Shown: positions 27,670 through 35,712, counted from the first letter of the stretch. The stretch is 64,000 nt of DNA from an uncultured Verrucomicrobiota bacterium (GCA_964570325.1 CAZMXS010000009.1:29894-93893); one strand, 5' to 3'. The notes: generated from the letters alone by a model not told the origin. Translations and numbers: made by a program.

Positions 27670-27697
27670 TTTCAGGTTTCATCCCTCAAGTTTCATT
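27670..27697. repeat. Heptamer array, inverse partner of 27622-27649
   Basis: TTTCAGG TTTCATC CCTCAAG TTTCATT. Contains the stop codon of the response-regulator gene. Confidence 0.75.
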
Positions 27698-28369
27698 TTT
27701 TTCTTCCACCCATTTCACGGCCTCGCGCATCAATTGCGCGGCCGTCTCGCAGTTGAGCTTTTTCTTGATGTGCATCCGATGAACCTCGACGGTGCGCTCG
27801 CTGAGCTCGTATTGCGCGGCAATATCGCGCGTGCTCAAGCCGCGGCCGATGCACTCGAAAATTTCGCGTTCCCGTTCGGTCAGGCTGTTCACCGGGCCGC
27901 CGCCGTCGGCGGCCGGCTGGGCCAGGCTGCGCAGAACCTGCGGCGCGATTTGCGGGTTGATGTAGATGTCGCCGCGCAGCACGGCGCGGATGGCGTCCAC
28001 GATCGCATCGTCGGCATTCTCCTTCATGACGTACCCCAGGGCGCCGGCGCGCAGGGCGCGCTCGGCGTAGATGGTCTCGTCGTGCATTGAGAGCACGAGC
28101 GCCCGGGCGGGGAACCCGCGGGCGCGGGCGTCACGGATCAGGTCAAGCCCGCTGCGGTCCTTCAGGGTGATGTCCACAAGCAGGATGTCCGGCTGCAATT
28201 CGGGGATCAGCCGCATCGCCTCGTCGTAGCCGGCGGCCTCGCCGCATACGCGCAGGTCCGGCGCGCGGGCGAGCAGCGCAGCCAACCCGCGGCGCACGAT
28301 CGCATGATCGTCTATGATCAGAATGCTCGCGGGCCGGGTTGGAGCTGGGTGCGGGGTCTTGTTGCTCAT
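27686..28369 (-). CDS. NarL/FixJ-family response regulator (REC + LuxR-type HTH)
   Basis: ILIIDDH...LLVDITL REC motifs. C-terminal LTEREREIFECIGRGLSTRDIA HTH. Confidence 0.9.
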   Translation of the reverse strand: MSNKTPHPAPTRPASILIIDDHAIVRRGLAALLARAPDLRVCGEAAGYDEAMRLIPELQPDILLVDITLKDRSGLDLIRDARARGFPARALVLSMHDETIYAERALRAGALGYVMKENADDAIVDAIRAVLRGDIYINPQIAPQVLRSLAQPAADGGGPVNSLTEREREIFECIGRGLSTRDIAAQYELSERTVEVHRMHIKKKLNCETAAQLMREAVKWVEEKNET

Positions 28370-28497
28370 CGCTAAACCAATAGCGACAACCCGGAATAAA
28401 ACATAGAAAAAAAGTGCTTGCGCCGGCGCGCGGCGATGCCGGTGGAGCGCCTATCCCCGCGCGCAAGCATCATCCCGGCGCTCCGACGCGCGACTTT

Positions 28498-28521
28498 CCA
28501 CAGGCGAGCGTAAGCGAGTGG
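28498..28521 (-). repeat. GC-rich REP-like motif, inverted copy
   Basis: CCACAGGCGAGCGTAAGCGAGTGG is the reverse complement of the motif. Can pair with 28556-28585 (about 15 bp with a 2-nt mismatch, 34-nt loop). Confidence 0.6.
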
Positions 28522-28555
28522 AATGATCCCGCCGGTTGGCCTGGCTCTCCTGCGG

Positions 28556-28585
28556 CCACTCGCTCCCGCTCGTGGGTACGCGGGT
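28556..28585 (+). repeat. GC-rich REP-like motif, copy 2
   Basis: CCACTCGCTCCCGCTCGTGGGTACGCGGGT. Confidence 0.7.
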
Positions 28586-28617
28586 GCGGCCGGCTGACGG
28601 TTCCTCGCGATCCGGCC

Positions 28618-30303
28618 CTATTTTGGAGCCTGACCCTGGAACTTGGAACAGACGACGCGCGTGCCGCCCCTGACGCCCGCTTCTACGGTGAGGTCGGCGC
28701 CGATCATTTCCGCGCGGTATTGCATGATCCGCAGGCCGAGGCCGCCGCGCGCCGAAGCGTCCGGCGGCAGGCCGGCGCCGTTGTCGGCGATCGTTAGCCG
28801 GTCCGGTTCGAGGGTGATGACGATTTCCGTTGCCTGGCCATGCCGGGCGGCGTTGTTCACGGCCTCCTGCGCGATATGATAGAGGTGGATCGCCGCCTTT
28901 GGCTCAATCGTTGCGCCGTGGCTGCGGTCCGCAAAACAACAGGCGGCTTGGAAGAGCCGGCCGGATTCGTCGGCCAGTTGGCCCAGCGCCGCAGCCAGGC
29001 CGCCGGCTCCGAGCTCGACGGGGGCCAGGCCGCGCGCGAGGCGGCGGACCTGCGCGACGGACTCTTTCAGGATCTCGCCGATCTGCTCGGCCTCCTGGCG
29101 GGCCGTGTCCGCGCCGGGCGGCAGGTCGTTGCGCAGGGCGCGGCTGAGATAAACGGCGCCGCTGAGCTTCTGGCCCAATGAATCGTGGAGATCCTGGCCG
29201 ATGCGGTTTTTTTCACGCGTGCTGATTTCCAGGATTTCGCTTTCCAACTGCATCCGCTCCGCCATGACTTTGGCCAGCAGCTCGTTGGACCGGCGCAGAT
29301 CGGCGGTGCGCTGCCGGACGATTCGCTCAATCCGGCGCCCGCGCCCGGCCAGCAGCGCCAGCAGGAGGGTCAGCAACAGAGTGGAGGCCAGCCCGGCGGC
29401 GAGTACGATCTCCGGTTGGCTGGTGCGGCGCGCGCCGATGAAATCCGGCCCGGCGCGACAGCGGAACAGCCAGGGCCGGCCGGCCACCGGGATGACGCCG
29501 CTGAAGCTGAACGCCGTCGGGGGCGAAGCAGGGTCCGCCGGGCTGTCCGCCGGGCTGAACTCTGTGGCGATGCCGCGCGCGGAGGGACCGGGCGCGGCGC
29601 GGCGCATGATCGCGGCGGGGTCGAAGAGCGCGATGGCAAATCCGTACAGGCGGCCCGGCGGCGGGACCGGCCGGCCGTCCCAGACCGGGTACATGATCGG
29701 GGCCATGATGTAATTCAACCGGGCGGCATTGTCCGGGCGCGGCGCGGCCGCCATGGCGAAGCTGCCTTGCTGACGCATGGCGACGATGGCTTCAGCGGCT
29801 TGCGGCAACGCGCCGAAATCGAAACCATCCGGCACGCCGAGGCCGCCGGCCGGGCTTTGATAGGTTAGCGGGAAATATTCCGGGCGCTGGCCGGCGCGGC
29901 GGAATCCGCCCTGGCCATCGGGCTCCAGCACGGGTTCGAGCGCGGGCCGCAGCGCATGCGGGATGGCCTGGGCGAAGCCGAATGCGTCAAGGACCGCCTG
30001 CTGAAACTGCATACCTTTGAGGACGAACTCGGAGAAGTCGGCGGCGCTGATGCGATCAGAGAGGGTATGCAGGCGGCGGATCGAATCCAGAACATCCATG
30101 AACAATCGGATTTCGCGCTCCACGCCGGCCTGGAGGTTTTGCGCCTCGAGCCGGAACTCGTCATTGATGATGCGGCGTTGATAGACGACGCGGCTGTGCC
30201 AGGCCCAGAAACTGACACTGATGCCGGAAACGGCGACCAAAACCGTCAGCACCCATGGCCAGCGGGCGGCGCGGTGCGGGGTTGGAGTGGTGCCGTTGTT
30301 CAT
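28618..30303 (-). CDS. Sensor histidine kinase (periplasmic CHASE-like sensor, HisKA_3, HATPase_c)
   Basis: DLHDSLGQKLSG H-box (HisKA_3/NarX type), C-terminal NNAARHG...DNGAGLP ATPase motifs and two TM segments. Start at the internal ATG 30303 (MNNGTTP) of ORF 28618..30633. Confidence 0.85.
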   Translation of the reverse strand: MNNGTTPTPHRAARWPWVLTVLVAVSGISVSFWAWHSRVVYQRRIINDEFRLEAQNLQAGVEREIRLFMDVLDSIRRLHTLSDRISAADFSEFVLKGMQFQQAVLDAFGFAQAIPHALRPALEPVLEPDGQGGFRRAGQRPEYFPLTYQSPAGGLGVPDGFDFGALPQAAEAIVAMRQQGSFAMAAAPRPDNAARLNYIMAPIMYPVWDGRPVPPPGRLYGFAIALFDPAAIMRRAAPGPSARGIATEFSPADSPADPASPPTAFSFSGVIPVAGRPWLFRCRAGPDFIGARRTSQPEIVLAAGLASTLLLTLLLALLAGRGRRIERIVRQRTADLRRSNELLAKVMAERMQLESEILEISTREKNRIGQDLHDSLGQKLSGAVYLSRALRNDLPPGADTARQEAEQIGEILKESVAQVRRLARGLAPVELGAGGLAAALGQLADESGRLFQAACCFADRSHGATIEPKAAIHLYHIAQEAVNNAARHGQATEIVITLEPDRLTIADNGAGLPPDASARGGLGLRIMQYRAEMIGADLTVEAGVRGGTRVVCSKFQGQAPK

Positions 30304-30318
30304 GGCTTGTCTGGGAAG

Positions 30319-30358
30319 ATGGCCACAAAAAGCGCAAAAAGACACGAAAAAAGAAATC
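30319..30358 (-). promoter_or_regulatory. Phased T-tract upstream element (copy A), ends 15 nt before the kinase ATG
   Basis: Minus strand reads GATTTCTTTTTTCGTGTCTTTTTGCGCTTTTTGTGGCCAT. No Shine-Dalgarno follows. Confidence 0.5.
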
Positions 30359-30403
30359 GGCGGGATGAAACCGGGAGCAGGGTGGAGAAAAGGCGCCTGG
30401 CAA

Positions 30404-30428
30404 CGTACCTGCGAGCGTGAGCGAGCGG
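30404..30428 (-). repeat. GC-rich REP-like motif, copy 3 (inverted)
   Basis: Reverse complement reads CCGCTCGCTCACGCTCGCAGGTACG. Confidence 0.6.
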
Positions 30429-30489
30429 AGAGCGGAGGCGACGAAAAGCCGACGTCGCAACCACGCGCCAATGCACGTTTGACGGATTT

Positions 30490-30506
30490 CCATATATTAC
30501 ATATGG
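30490..30506. promoter_or_regulatory. Candidate VapB operator
   Basis: CCATAT-ATTAC-ATATGG palindrome plus a direct TTCCATAT repeat, overlapping the vapB start region. Confidence 0.4.
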
Positions 30507-30514
30507 TATTCCAT

Positions 30515-30763
30515 ATGAAAACAACCTTGGTGCTGGACAACGAGGTATTCCTGCGGTTGAAGCAAGCGGCGGCGGAACGGCGGCGGACAATGTCCGAGTT
30601 GGTGGAAATGGCGTTGCGCGATTCGCTGGACAAACGACCGCGGGTCCGATCGGCGCTGCCGCCCCTACCGGTGCATCATGGCGGCGGGGCGCGGGTGGAC
30701 GTGGCCAACCGGGAGGCGTTGTACGCGTTGATGGAGCGGGGGGGCGGTGATGATGCTGGTTGA
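30515..30763 (+). CDS. vapB: Type II antitoxin, VapB-like (ribbon-helix-helix)
   Basis: MKTTLVLDNEVFLRLKQAAAERRRTMSELVEMALR is an RHH-type N-terminus. Overlaps the PIN toxin gene. Alternative ATG at 30503. Confidence 0.7.
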   Translation: MKTTLVLDNEVFLRLKQAAAERRRTMSELVEMALRDSLDKRPRVRSALPPLPVHHGGGARVDVANREALYALMERGGGDDAG

Positions 30764-31175
30764 CACGAATATCCTGGTCTATGCGGCGGATGCCGACGCG
30801 GCGGAACATGCGAAATACCGGAAATTCCTGCTTGAATGCCGGTCAAATCCGGAGCCTTGGCATCTGACTTGGGGAATCATATACGAGTTCTTACGGATTA
30901 TGACCCACCCCCAGGTTCTGCGCCGGCCGTGGACGCTGGCCGGAGCTTGGGATTTCATCATGGCTCTGAATGCCTCGCCATCCTTGCGGATATTGGTGGA
31001 AACCGATCGTCATCCGAAAGTCGTCGCGGAGATTTTGAAGATTATTCCCCATCGTGGCGGGAACATTGTTTTTGACGCGCATGCCGCCGCCTTGATGAAA
31101 GAGCACGGAGTTCGGCGTATTTGTTCAAAAGATGGCGATTTCCGCCTGTTCTCATTCATCGAGATTGTTGAGTAG
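30747..31175 (+). CDS. vapC: Type II toxin VapC (PIN-domain RNase)
   Basis: LVDTNILVY N-terminal acidic motif, a later DAH..A segment and a C-terminal SKDGDF motif. ATG at 30750 is possible. Confidence 0.85.
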   Translation: MMMLVDTNILVYAADADAAEHAKYRKFLLECRSNPEPWHLTWGIIYEFLRIMTHPQVLRRPWTLAGAWDFIMALNASPSLRILVETDRHPKVVAEILKIIPHRGGNIVFDAHAAALMKEHGVRRICSKDGDFRLFSFIEIVE

Positions 31176-31190
31176 CCGCCGGCGTGAGCC
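31172..31190 (+). repeat. GTAGCYGC...GAG 19-mer, copy 1 (second GC-rich motif family)
   Basis: GTAGCCGCCGGCGTGAGCC. Related 19-mers at 33141 and 33223 bracket the low-GC cassette. Confidence 0.45.
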
Positions 31191-31440
31191 GGTGGTCCTC
31201 CGGCCACATCCTTACGGACGCGGCTACGGGCGGACGCGGTTCCTGCGACATTCAGTGATGCGAATGGATTGTGATTTCATAGCGGCCACCAGTTTGACGA
31301 ACTCAGCGCCCACGGATTTGGGCGCCACGATTCCAATCGCAAATTCAGCATCTGATACATTCATTTCAGTCGTCCCTGGTAACAAAAATCGAAAAAGGCA
31401 ACGAATCCTCCTGCCAAATTTAATCACATCCTATTGTTTA

Positions 31441-31475
31441 TCAATCAATTGCAAATTACAAATCGGAAATCGCAA
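31441..31475. repeat. Heptamer array
   Basis: TCAATCA ATTGCAA ATTACAA ATCGGAA ATCGCAA, directly upstream of a sigma70-like promoter. Confidence 0.6.
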
Positions 31476-31493
31476 AATTTCGTCATCTACGTA

Positions 31494-31522
31494 TTGACAC
31501 GTACGCAGCGTAAGCGTATTCT
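31494..31522 (+). promoter_or_regulatory. Candidate sigma70-type promoter for the secreted-repeat/PEP-CTERM cassette
   Basis: TTGACA (31494-31499), 17-nt spacer, TATTCT (31517-31522). GGAGGAG SD lies before the ATG at 31621. Confidence 0.45.
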
Positions 31523-31620
31523 CTTATTCCAGAGTAAGCGGAGTGTCGTAAAAAAATTGGAATTTTTTGTAGACACGCCGTGAAGAATGGGGCATAACAG
31601 TCCCCAACTGGAGGAGACAA

Positions 31621-32403
31621 ATGAAGAGGATCGTCGTAGGAGTCCTTGCATTGCTCGTGATCGGAACGATGGCTTTTGGTCAGACTCAAGTCTTGAGTCG
31701 CAACGCCGTCGGCTATGTCAAGCTGGATCTCGTTACCAACTACAACATGATCGCTGTCAACTGGCTCAAGGTTGGCGCGGCTGGGATCAGTGTGCAGGAG
31801 TTGCTTGATACGTCGAGCATGCAGAAGGGGAATAGCTTTCTGAATGCTGATAATCTTATTCTATGGGATCCGGTTGGTCAGGGTTATCAAACATTGTTCC
31901 TCTACAGCTCGCCGGGGTCTCCGGCTTGGGATGGCAAGTGGGTTGCCCAGGGTCCGGTGATTGCGACCAATATGCTTTACAATGGAGATGCTGCGTGGTT
32001 CCGGCGTCGTGGCAGCAGCAACATTGTTTCCTATATCATGGGCGAAGTTCCGGCAGACTCCAGCAATGTCACAAGCTTTGTTCAAGGCTATAATATGTTT
32101 GGTTCCGGCTTTACATCTGATTTTGAGATAAATAGCCCTAGTAACAACTGGACTGGTGCTAAAAAAGGCAGCAGCTTCTTGAATGCGGATAATATCATCA
32201 TCTGGGATGCGTCTGCTCAGACGTATCAAACATTGTTCCTCTACAACTCGCCGGGGTCTCCGGCTTGGGATGGCAAGTGGGTTGCTCAAGGGCCGGTGAT
32301 TGCTACAAATGTGCTCAAGGTCGGACAGGGAGCATGGTTCCGTCGGCGTGATGCAACTCCTTTCAATTGGAGTGAGAAGAAGCCGTATACGTGGCCGAAT
32401 TAA
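31621..32403 (+). CDS. Secreted protein built from two ~113-aa tandem modules (unknown family)
   Basis: Signal peptide MKRIVVGVLALLVIGTMAFG. Residues 69-130 and 182-243 are near-identical (FLNADN.I.WD...YQTLFLY.SPGSPAWDGKWVAQGPVIATN...AWFRRR). Confidence 0.7.
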   Translation: MKRIVVGVLALLVIGTMAFGQTQVLSRNAVGYVKLDLVTNYNMIAVNWLKVGAAGISVQELLDTSSMQKGNSFLNADNLILWDPVGQGYQTLFLYSSPGSPAWDGKWVAQGPVIATNMLYNGDAAWFRRRGSSNIVSYIMGEVPADSSNVTSFVQGYNMFGSGFTSDFEINSPSNNWTGAKKGSSFLNADNIIIWDASAQTYQTLFLYNSPGSPAWDGKWVAQGPVIATNVLKVGQGAWFRRRDATPFNWSEKKPYTWPN

Positions 32404-32440
32404 GCTAGTTCGGCAGGTGAATAAATAGGAGACGAAGCAA

Positions 32441-33067
32441 ATGAGGAAAATGGTAATTGTTGTTATGTCATTGGTTGTGGGGGCCGCTGTCGCCTTTGGG
32501 GCTGCGTCCATTAATTGGGCAACTGATCCGTCCGGGCAGTATTTGAGGAATCAGGCAGATACGGCCTATTTGACGGCCAATCAAAACGGCCAGTCTTTAA
32601 CTGGGTTTATCCAGTTGCTGTATTTGGGTCCCAATAATGTTTACGATGGCCTGTATGTGGGTGCTAATACGAACGGTGTGATGGGGGATGATCGTGTTGT
32701 TATGACGGCATGGGTTGGCGCTGGTTACATGACCTCATCTGCTAATGATGGGAAGTTTCAGATGACCGGAGCGGTTAACACCTATCCGTTGGGTTCGTAT
32801 TTTGCGATTCGGTTCTTTGATACGCCTGCGTCTGATTACGCAAATGGGTTTATTCCAACCTCTGGCTACTACAGTTGGATCGCTACGGGCCTTGTTAATG
32901 GCGCTGCTGGCGCATTTATATCAACGCAGGATCCGACTGGTGTGGGTATTGATGAGTTTGTGATCAATACAGTGAACAATGCCAACATCCTCGTTCCCGA
33001 GCCGTCCACGATGTTGCTGGCGCTCTGCGGTCTTGGCGCGCTGTTTGTCCGTCGTTTCCGCAAGTAA
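32441..33067 (+). CDS. PEP-CTERM sorting-domain protein
   Basis: C-terminus VPEPSTMLLALCGLGALFVRRFRK (PEP motif, TM segment, basic tail). N-terminal signal peptide present. Confidence 0.8.
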   Translation: MRKMVIVVMSLVVGAAVAFGAASINWATDPSGQYLRNQADTAYLTANQNGQSLTGFIQLLYLGPNNVYDGLYVGANTNGVMGDDRVVMTAWVGAGYMTSSANDGKFQMTGAVNTYPLGSYFAIRFFDTPASDYANGFIPTSGYYSWIATGLVNGAAGAFISTQDPTGVGIDEFVINTVNNANILVPEPSTMLLALCGLGALFVRRFRK

Positions 33068-33094
33068 GAGTTAGTTGGTCCTCTTAATTGTCTC

Positions 33095-33135
33095 AAACGC
33101 TCTGCGGGGGAAAGCCCCCGCGGAGCGTTTTTTTT
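33095..33135 (+). terminator. Rho-independent terminator
   Basis: AAACGCTCTGCGGGGG-AAAG-CCCCCGCGGAGCGTTT (16-bp stem with one G-U pair) followed by T8. Confidence 0.85.
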
Positions 33136-33140
33136 ATCCT

Positions 33141-33160
33141 GTAGCCGCAGCCGCGAGGCC
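33141..33160 (+). repeat. GTAGCYGC...GAG motif, copy 2
   Basis: GTAGCCGCAGCCGCGAGGCC. Confidence 0.45.
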
Positions 33161-33222
33161 GTGAAATACCTGATTATCGAGGCTGTCCACAGGCTTCGCC
33201 GGCGCGTACGGAGGCGTATCGC

Positions 33223-33241
33223 GTAGCTGCGGTCGTGAGGC
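33223..33241 (+). repeat. GTAGCYGC...GAG motif, copy 3
   Basis: GTAGCTGCGGTCGTGAGGC. Differs from copy 2 by four transitions. Confidence 0.45.
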
Positions 33242-33341
33242 TGCGGATGGCGGGCCCCCGGCTTGCTGTTCTGGCCGTGAACGTGCTTTTGAAAGGGCCT
33301 TGCATCATCACTAGTTCGCTCTCAAATAAACAATTGACCAG

Positions 33342-33359
33342 GTTAACACATGTGTTAAC
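33342..33359. promoter_or_regulatory. Perfect 18-bp palindrome, candidate toxin-antitoxin operator
   Basis: GTTAACACATGTGTTAAC, immediately after a TTGACC -35-like hexamer (33334-33339) and 9 nt before the GTG at 33368. Confidence 0.55.
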
Positions 33360-33367
33360 ATGCCGGC

Positions 33368-33716
33368 GTGAAAGCAATCAGGTTCTACACCACCGTCACG
33401 GGGGGGGCGCTGTCCCGTGCAAGAGCATCTTGACAACTTGCCGGACAAGACCGTTCAGAAGATTGCCTGGGTGTTGCGCGTGGTTAGAGACCTGGATCGT
33501 GTTCCGGCCAACTATCTCAAGAAACTGGTCAACACCGACAACCTATGGGAGGTCCGAGTTGATGTTGGTCACAACACGTTTAGATTGTTGGGCTTCTTTG
33601 ATGGACGGGAATTGATCGTACTAACCAACTCCTTTCAGAGGAAGACGCAACAAACACCGCTCGCCGAGATCCGGCTAGCAGAGGGACGCAGGGCAGACTA
33701 CCTAAGACGGAGATAA
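33368..33716 (+). pseudogene. RelE/ParE-superfamily (HigB / phage Gp49-like) toxin gene, frame broken in a G8 run
   Basis: GTG at 33368 encodes VKAIRFYTTVTGG..., then a stop at 33431-33433. ORF 33417..33716 continues as QEHLDNLPDKTVQKIAWVL...WEVRV...RLLGFF. Removing one G from 33400-33407 gives a continuous Gp49-like protein. Confidence 0.7.
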
Positions 33717-33720
33717 GACC

Positions 33721-33996
33721 ATGGATGATCTAGAGAGATATATCGAAAAGCGGAAGAAACGATCTCGCGCATTTGGGGACGGGTTCGAGACCGGATACGA
33801 GCAATTTAAGATCGGAGTCATGCTCCGAAAAGCTCGTGAAGACGCGGGCCTGACTCAGGACGAAATTGCCGATCGGCTTCGCACGAAGAAATCGGCGATC
33901 TCTCGGATTGAGAACCATGCGGAGGATATCAGGCTCTCAACGCTTGAGAAATTCGCCGAAGCTATTGGCAAAAGGCTGAGCCTGAAAATTGCCTAA
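33721..33996 (+). CDS. XRE-family HTH antitoxin (HigA-like)
   Basis: [34 protein letters not shown]. Lies 4 nt after the toxin gene. Confidence 0.85.
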   Translation: MDDLERYIEKRKKRSRAFGDGFETGYEQFKIGVMLRKAREDAGLTQDEIADRLRTKKSAISRIENHAEDIRLSTLEKFAEAIGKRLSLKIA

Positions 33997-34105
33997 GCGA
34001 ACAAGGCGCTGCACCACTACGTTTTTGCCGGGGCGGTAAAAAACGAGGGTGAGCGCTGACGTTGTAAAACATGCTGATGCCGGGGTGGGAAATTTGGAGG
34101 CGTCT

Positions 34106-34321
34106 ATGCATAATGAATTTACCGCGATTATTGAGCGCGACGGTCGCTGGTTTATCGCGTATTGCCCGGAAATTACCGGGGCGAACGGACAGGGACGCAC
34201 TAAAAAAGAGTGTCTCAAGAGTTTGGCCGATGCCATTGCGATGATCCTCGATGATCGTCGCCAGGATGCGATGCGCGGAATCCCTGCGAAAGCCGAGCGG
34301 GAGTTGGTGGCTGTCGGATGA
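34106..34321 (+). CDS. hicB: HicB-family antitoxin (UPF0150 fold)
   Basis: MHNEFTAIIERDGRWFIAYCPEITGANGQGRTKKECLKSLADAI matches the HicB N-domain pattern. Start at an internal ATG of ORF 34049..34321. Confidence 0.75.
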   Translation: MHNEFTAIIERDGRWFIAYCPEITGANGQGRTKKECLKSLADAIAMILDDRRQDAMRGIPAKAERELVAVG

Positions 34322-34341
34322 AGCAAAAGGAACTTGAGTAA
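34318..34341 (+). pseudogene. Possible 7-codon stub of a hicA toxin gene
   Basis: ATGA-overlapped ATG AAG CAA AAG GAA CTT GAG TAA (MKQKELE*) resembles the HicA N-terminus (MK.KEL...). Too short to prove. Confidence 0.3.
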
Positions 34342-34370
34342 TCTGAGGTGACAGTTTAGAAATCTCATTG

Positions 34371-35546
34371 ATGAAATATATACAGCGAGAATTGTCGCGG
34401 CAGGTGAAACAGGGCGCCTTGCACTTTCCCGCCGTGGTGCTGACCGGCCCGCGACGGGCGGGCAAGACGATGCTTTTGCGCCGGCTTTTCCCCAAGGCGA
34501 GTTACTTTCTACTTGAAGACCCCGATGTGGTGGGGCGGCTCCGGGCCGATCCGCAAGGATTCCTTGACGCCGTGAAGACGCCCGCGATTCTCGACGAAGT
34601 GCAGAACGTGCCGGAGGTATTTGCTTTCGTCCGCTCGCGGATTGACCGGCAGCCGCGGCGGATGGGCCAGTGGTTGCTCACCGGCTCACAGGAAGCGCCC
34701 TTGATGCAGGGTGTCGCCGAGTCCATGGCCGGACGTGCGGCCGTCCTGCAATTGCTCCCGTTCTCGACGCGCGAGACGGCGAAGGTGACGCTCTTGCGCG
34801 GAGGGTACCCCGAGGTGGTGGCGCGGCCGCGCGGGGCGCGGTTGTGGTTTGCCTCGTATCTGCAGACGTATCTGGAGCGGGATGTCCGGATGGTCACTGC
34901 CGTGAAGGACCTCGCGACGTTTCGCCGCTTCATCGCCCTGCTGGCCAGCCGGCATGGGCAGATGTTAAACAAAACCGACCTGGCCGCGCCGTTAGGTGTG
35001 AGTGTGCCGACCATCGCGCAGTGGCTCGGTGTGCTGGAAACGACCGCGCAGATCCTGATTGTGCCGCCGTTTTATGAGAACCTTGGCAAACGCTTGGTCA
35101 AGTCGCCCAAGGTGTATATTGCAGATTCCGGCCTCGCGTGCCACTTGCTGGGCATTGATACGGCGGAGGAACTTGAAAGATCTCCGTTTACTGGAGTGCT
35201 CTTCGAGGGATTTATCGCGGCGGAGATCGCCAAGTGGCAGGTTAACGCCGGTCTTCGCCGCGAGCTTTACTATTTTCGCGACGAACAGGGGCTGGAAGTG
35301 GACTTCCTTATGCCCGGTCGCAGCGGTTCAGTGATGCTGGTGGAATGCAAGGCCGGGCGCACGGTCACGCCAGCGATGGCGGCGCCGATGAAACGGTTGG
35401 CTGAAGCGCTGAAACGAAAACGCGGGGAAGCGTCGGCCGTGAATATGTTTCTGGTTCATCAGGAAGTGAAGGCCGGCACGCCAACGCAAGCGGTTGCACC
35501 CGGTGTTCGCGCGCTGCCATGGCGCAGATTTCTCGATGAGGTGTGA
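34371..35546 (+). CDS. AAA+ ATPase with DUF4143 (AAA_14/DUF4143 family)
   Basis: Walker A GPRRAGKT, ILDEVQ Walker B-like motif and a C-terminal DUF4143-like region (YFRDEQGLEVDFL). Confidence 0.8.
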   Translation: MKYIQRELSRQVKQGALHFPAVVLTGPRRAGKTMLLRRLFPKASYFLLEDPDVVGRLRADPQGFLDAVKTPAILDEVQNVPEVFAFVRSRIDRQPRRMGQWLLTGSQEAPLMQGVAESMAGRAAVLQLLPFSTRETAKVTLLRGGYPEVVARPRGARLWFASYLQTYLERDVRMVTAVKDLATFRRFIALLASRHGQMLNKTDLAAPLGVSVPTIAQWLGVLETTAQILIVPPFYENLGKRLVKSPKVYIADSGLACHLLGIDTAEELERSPFTGVLFEGFIAAEIAKWQVNAGLRRELYYFRDEQGLEVDFLMPGRSGSVMLVECKAGRTVTPAMAAPMKRLAEALKRKRGEASAVNMFLVHQEVKAGTPTQAVAPGVRALPWRRFLDEV

Positions 35547-35570
35547 GCCGAAATCCGGGAGAACGAAACT

Positions 35571-35607
35571 GCGAAAGGCGCAAAAGCCGCGAAAAAATCC
35601 GCAAATC
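35571..35607 (-). promoter_or_regulatory. Orphan phased T-tract element (copy E) pointing antisense into the ATPase 3' end
   Basis: Minus strand reads GATTTGCGGATTTTTTCGCGGCTTTTGCGCCTTTCGC. It lacks the TGGCCAT end and has no downstream start codon. Confidence 0.35.
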
Positions 35608-35712
35608 AGCTCGATTTCGCGATCCGCTTGAGTAGCATTCATTCGCCGGTTTCACCAGTCGTCGCTTCCCAGGACAAAACACGCGCAATTTCGTCCCTTT
35701 CGATTTAATAGT

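Noticed and set aside
31224-31427. 67-aa minus-strand ORF, and the overlapping 121-aa plus-strand ORF (31132-31497), in the spacer after vapC.
   Set aside because: There is no family resemblance. The ORFs overlap REP-like and heptamer repeats and the promoter region of the next cassette. They are probably non-coding.
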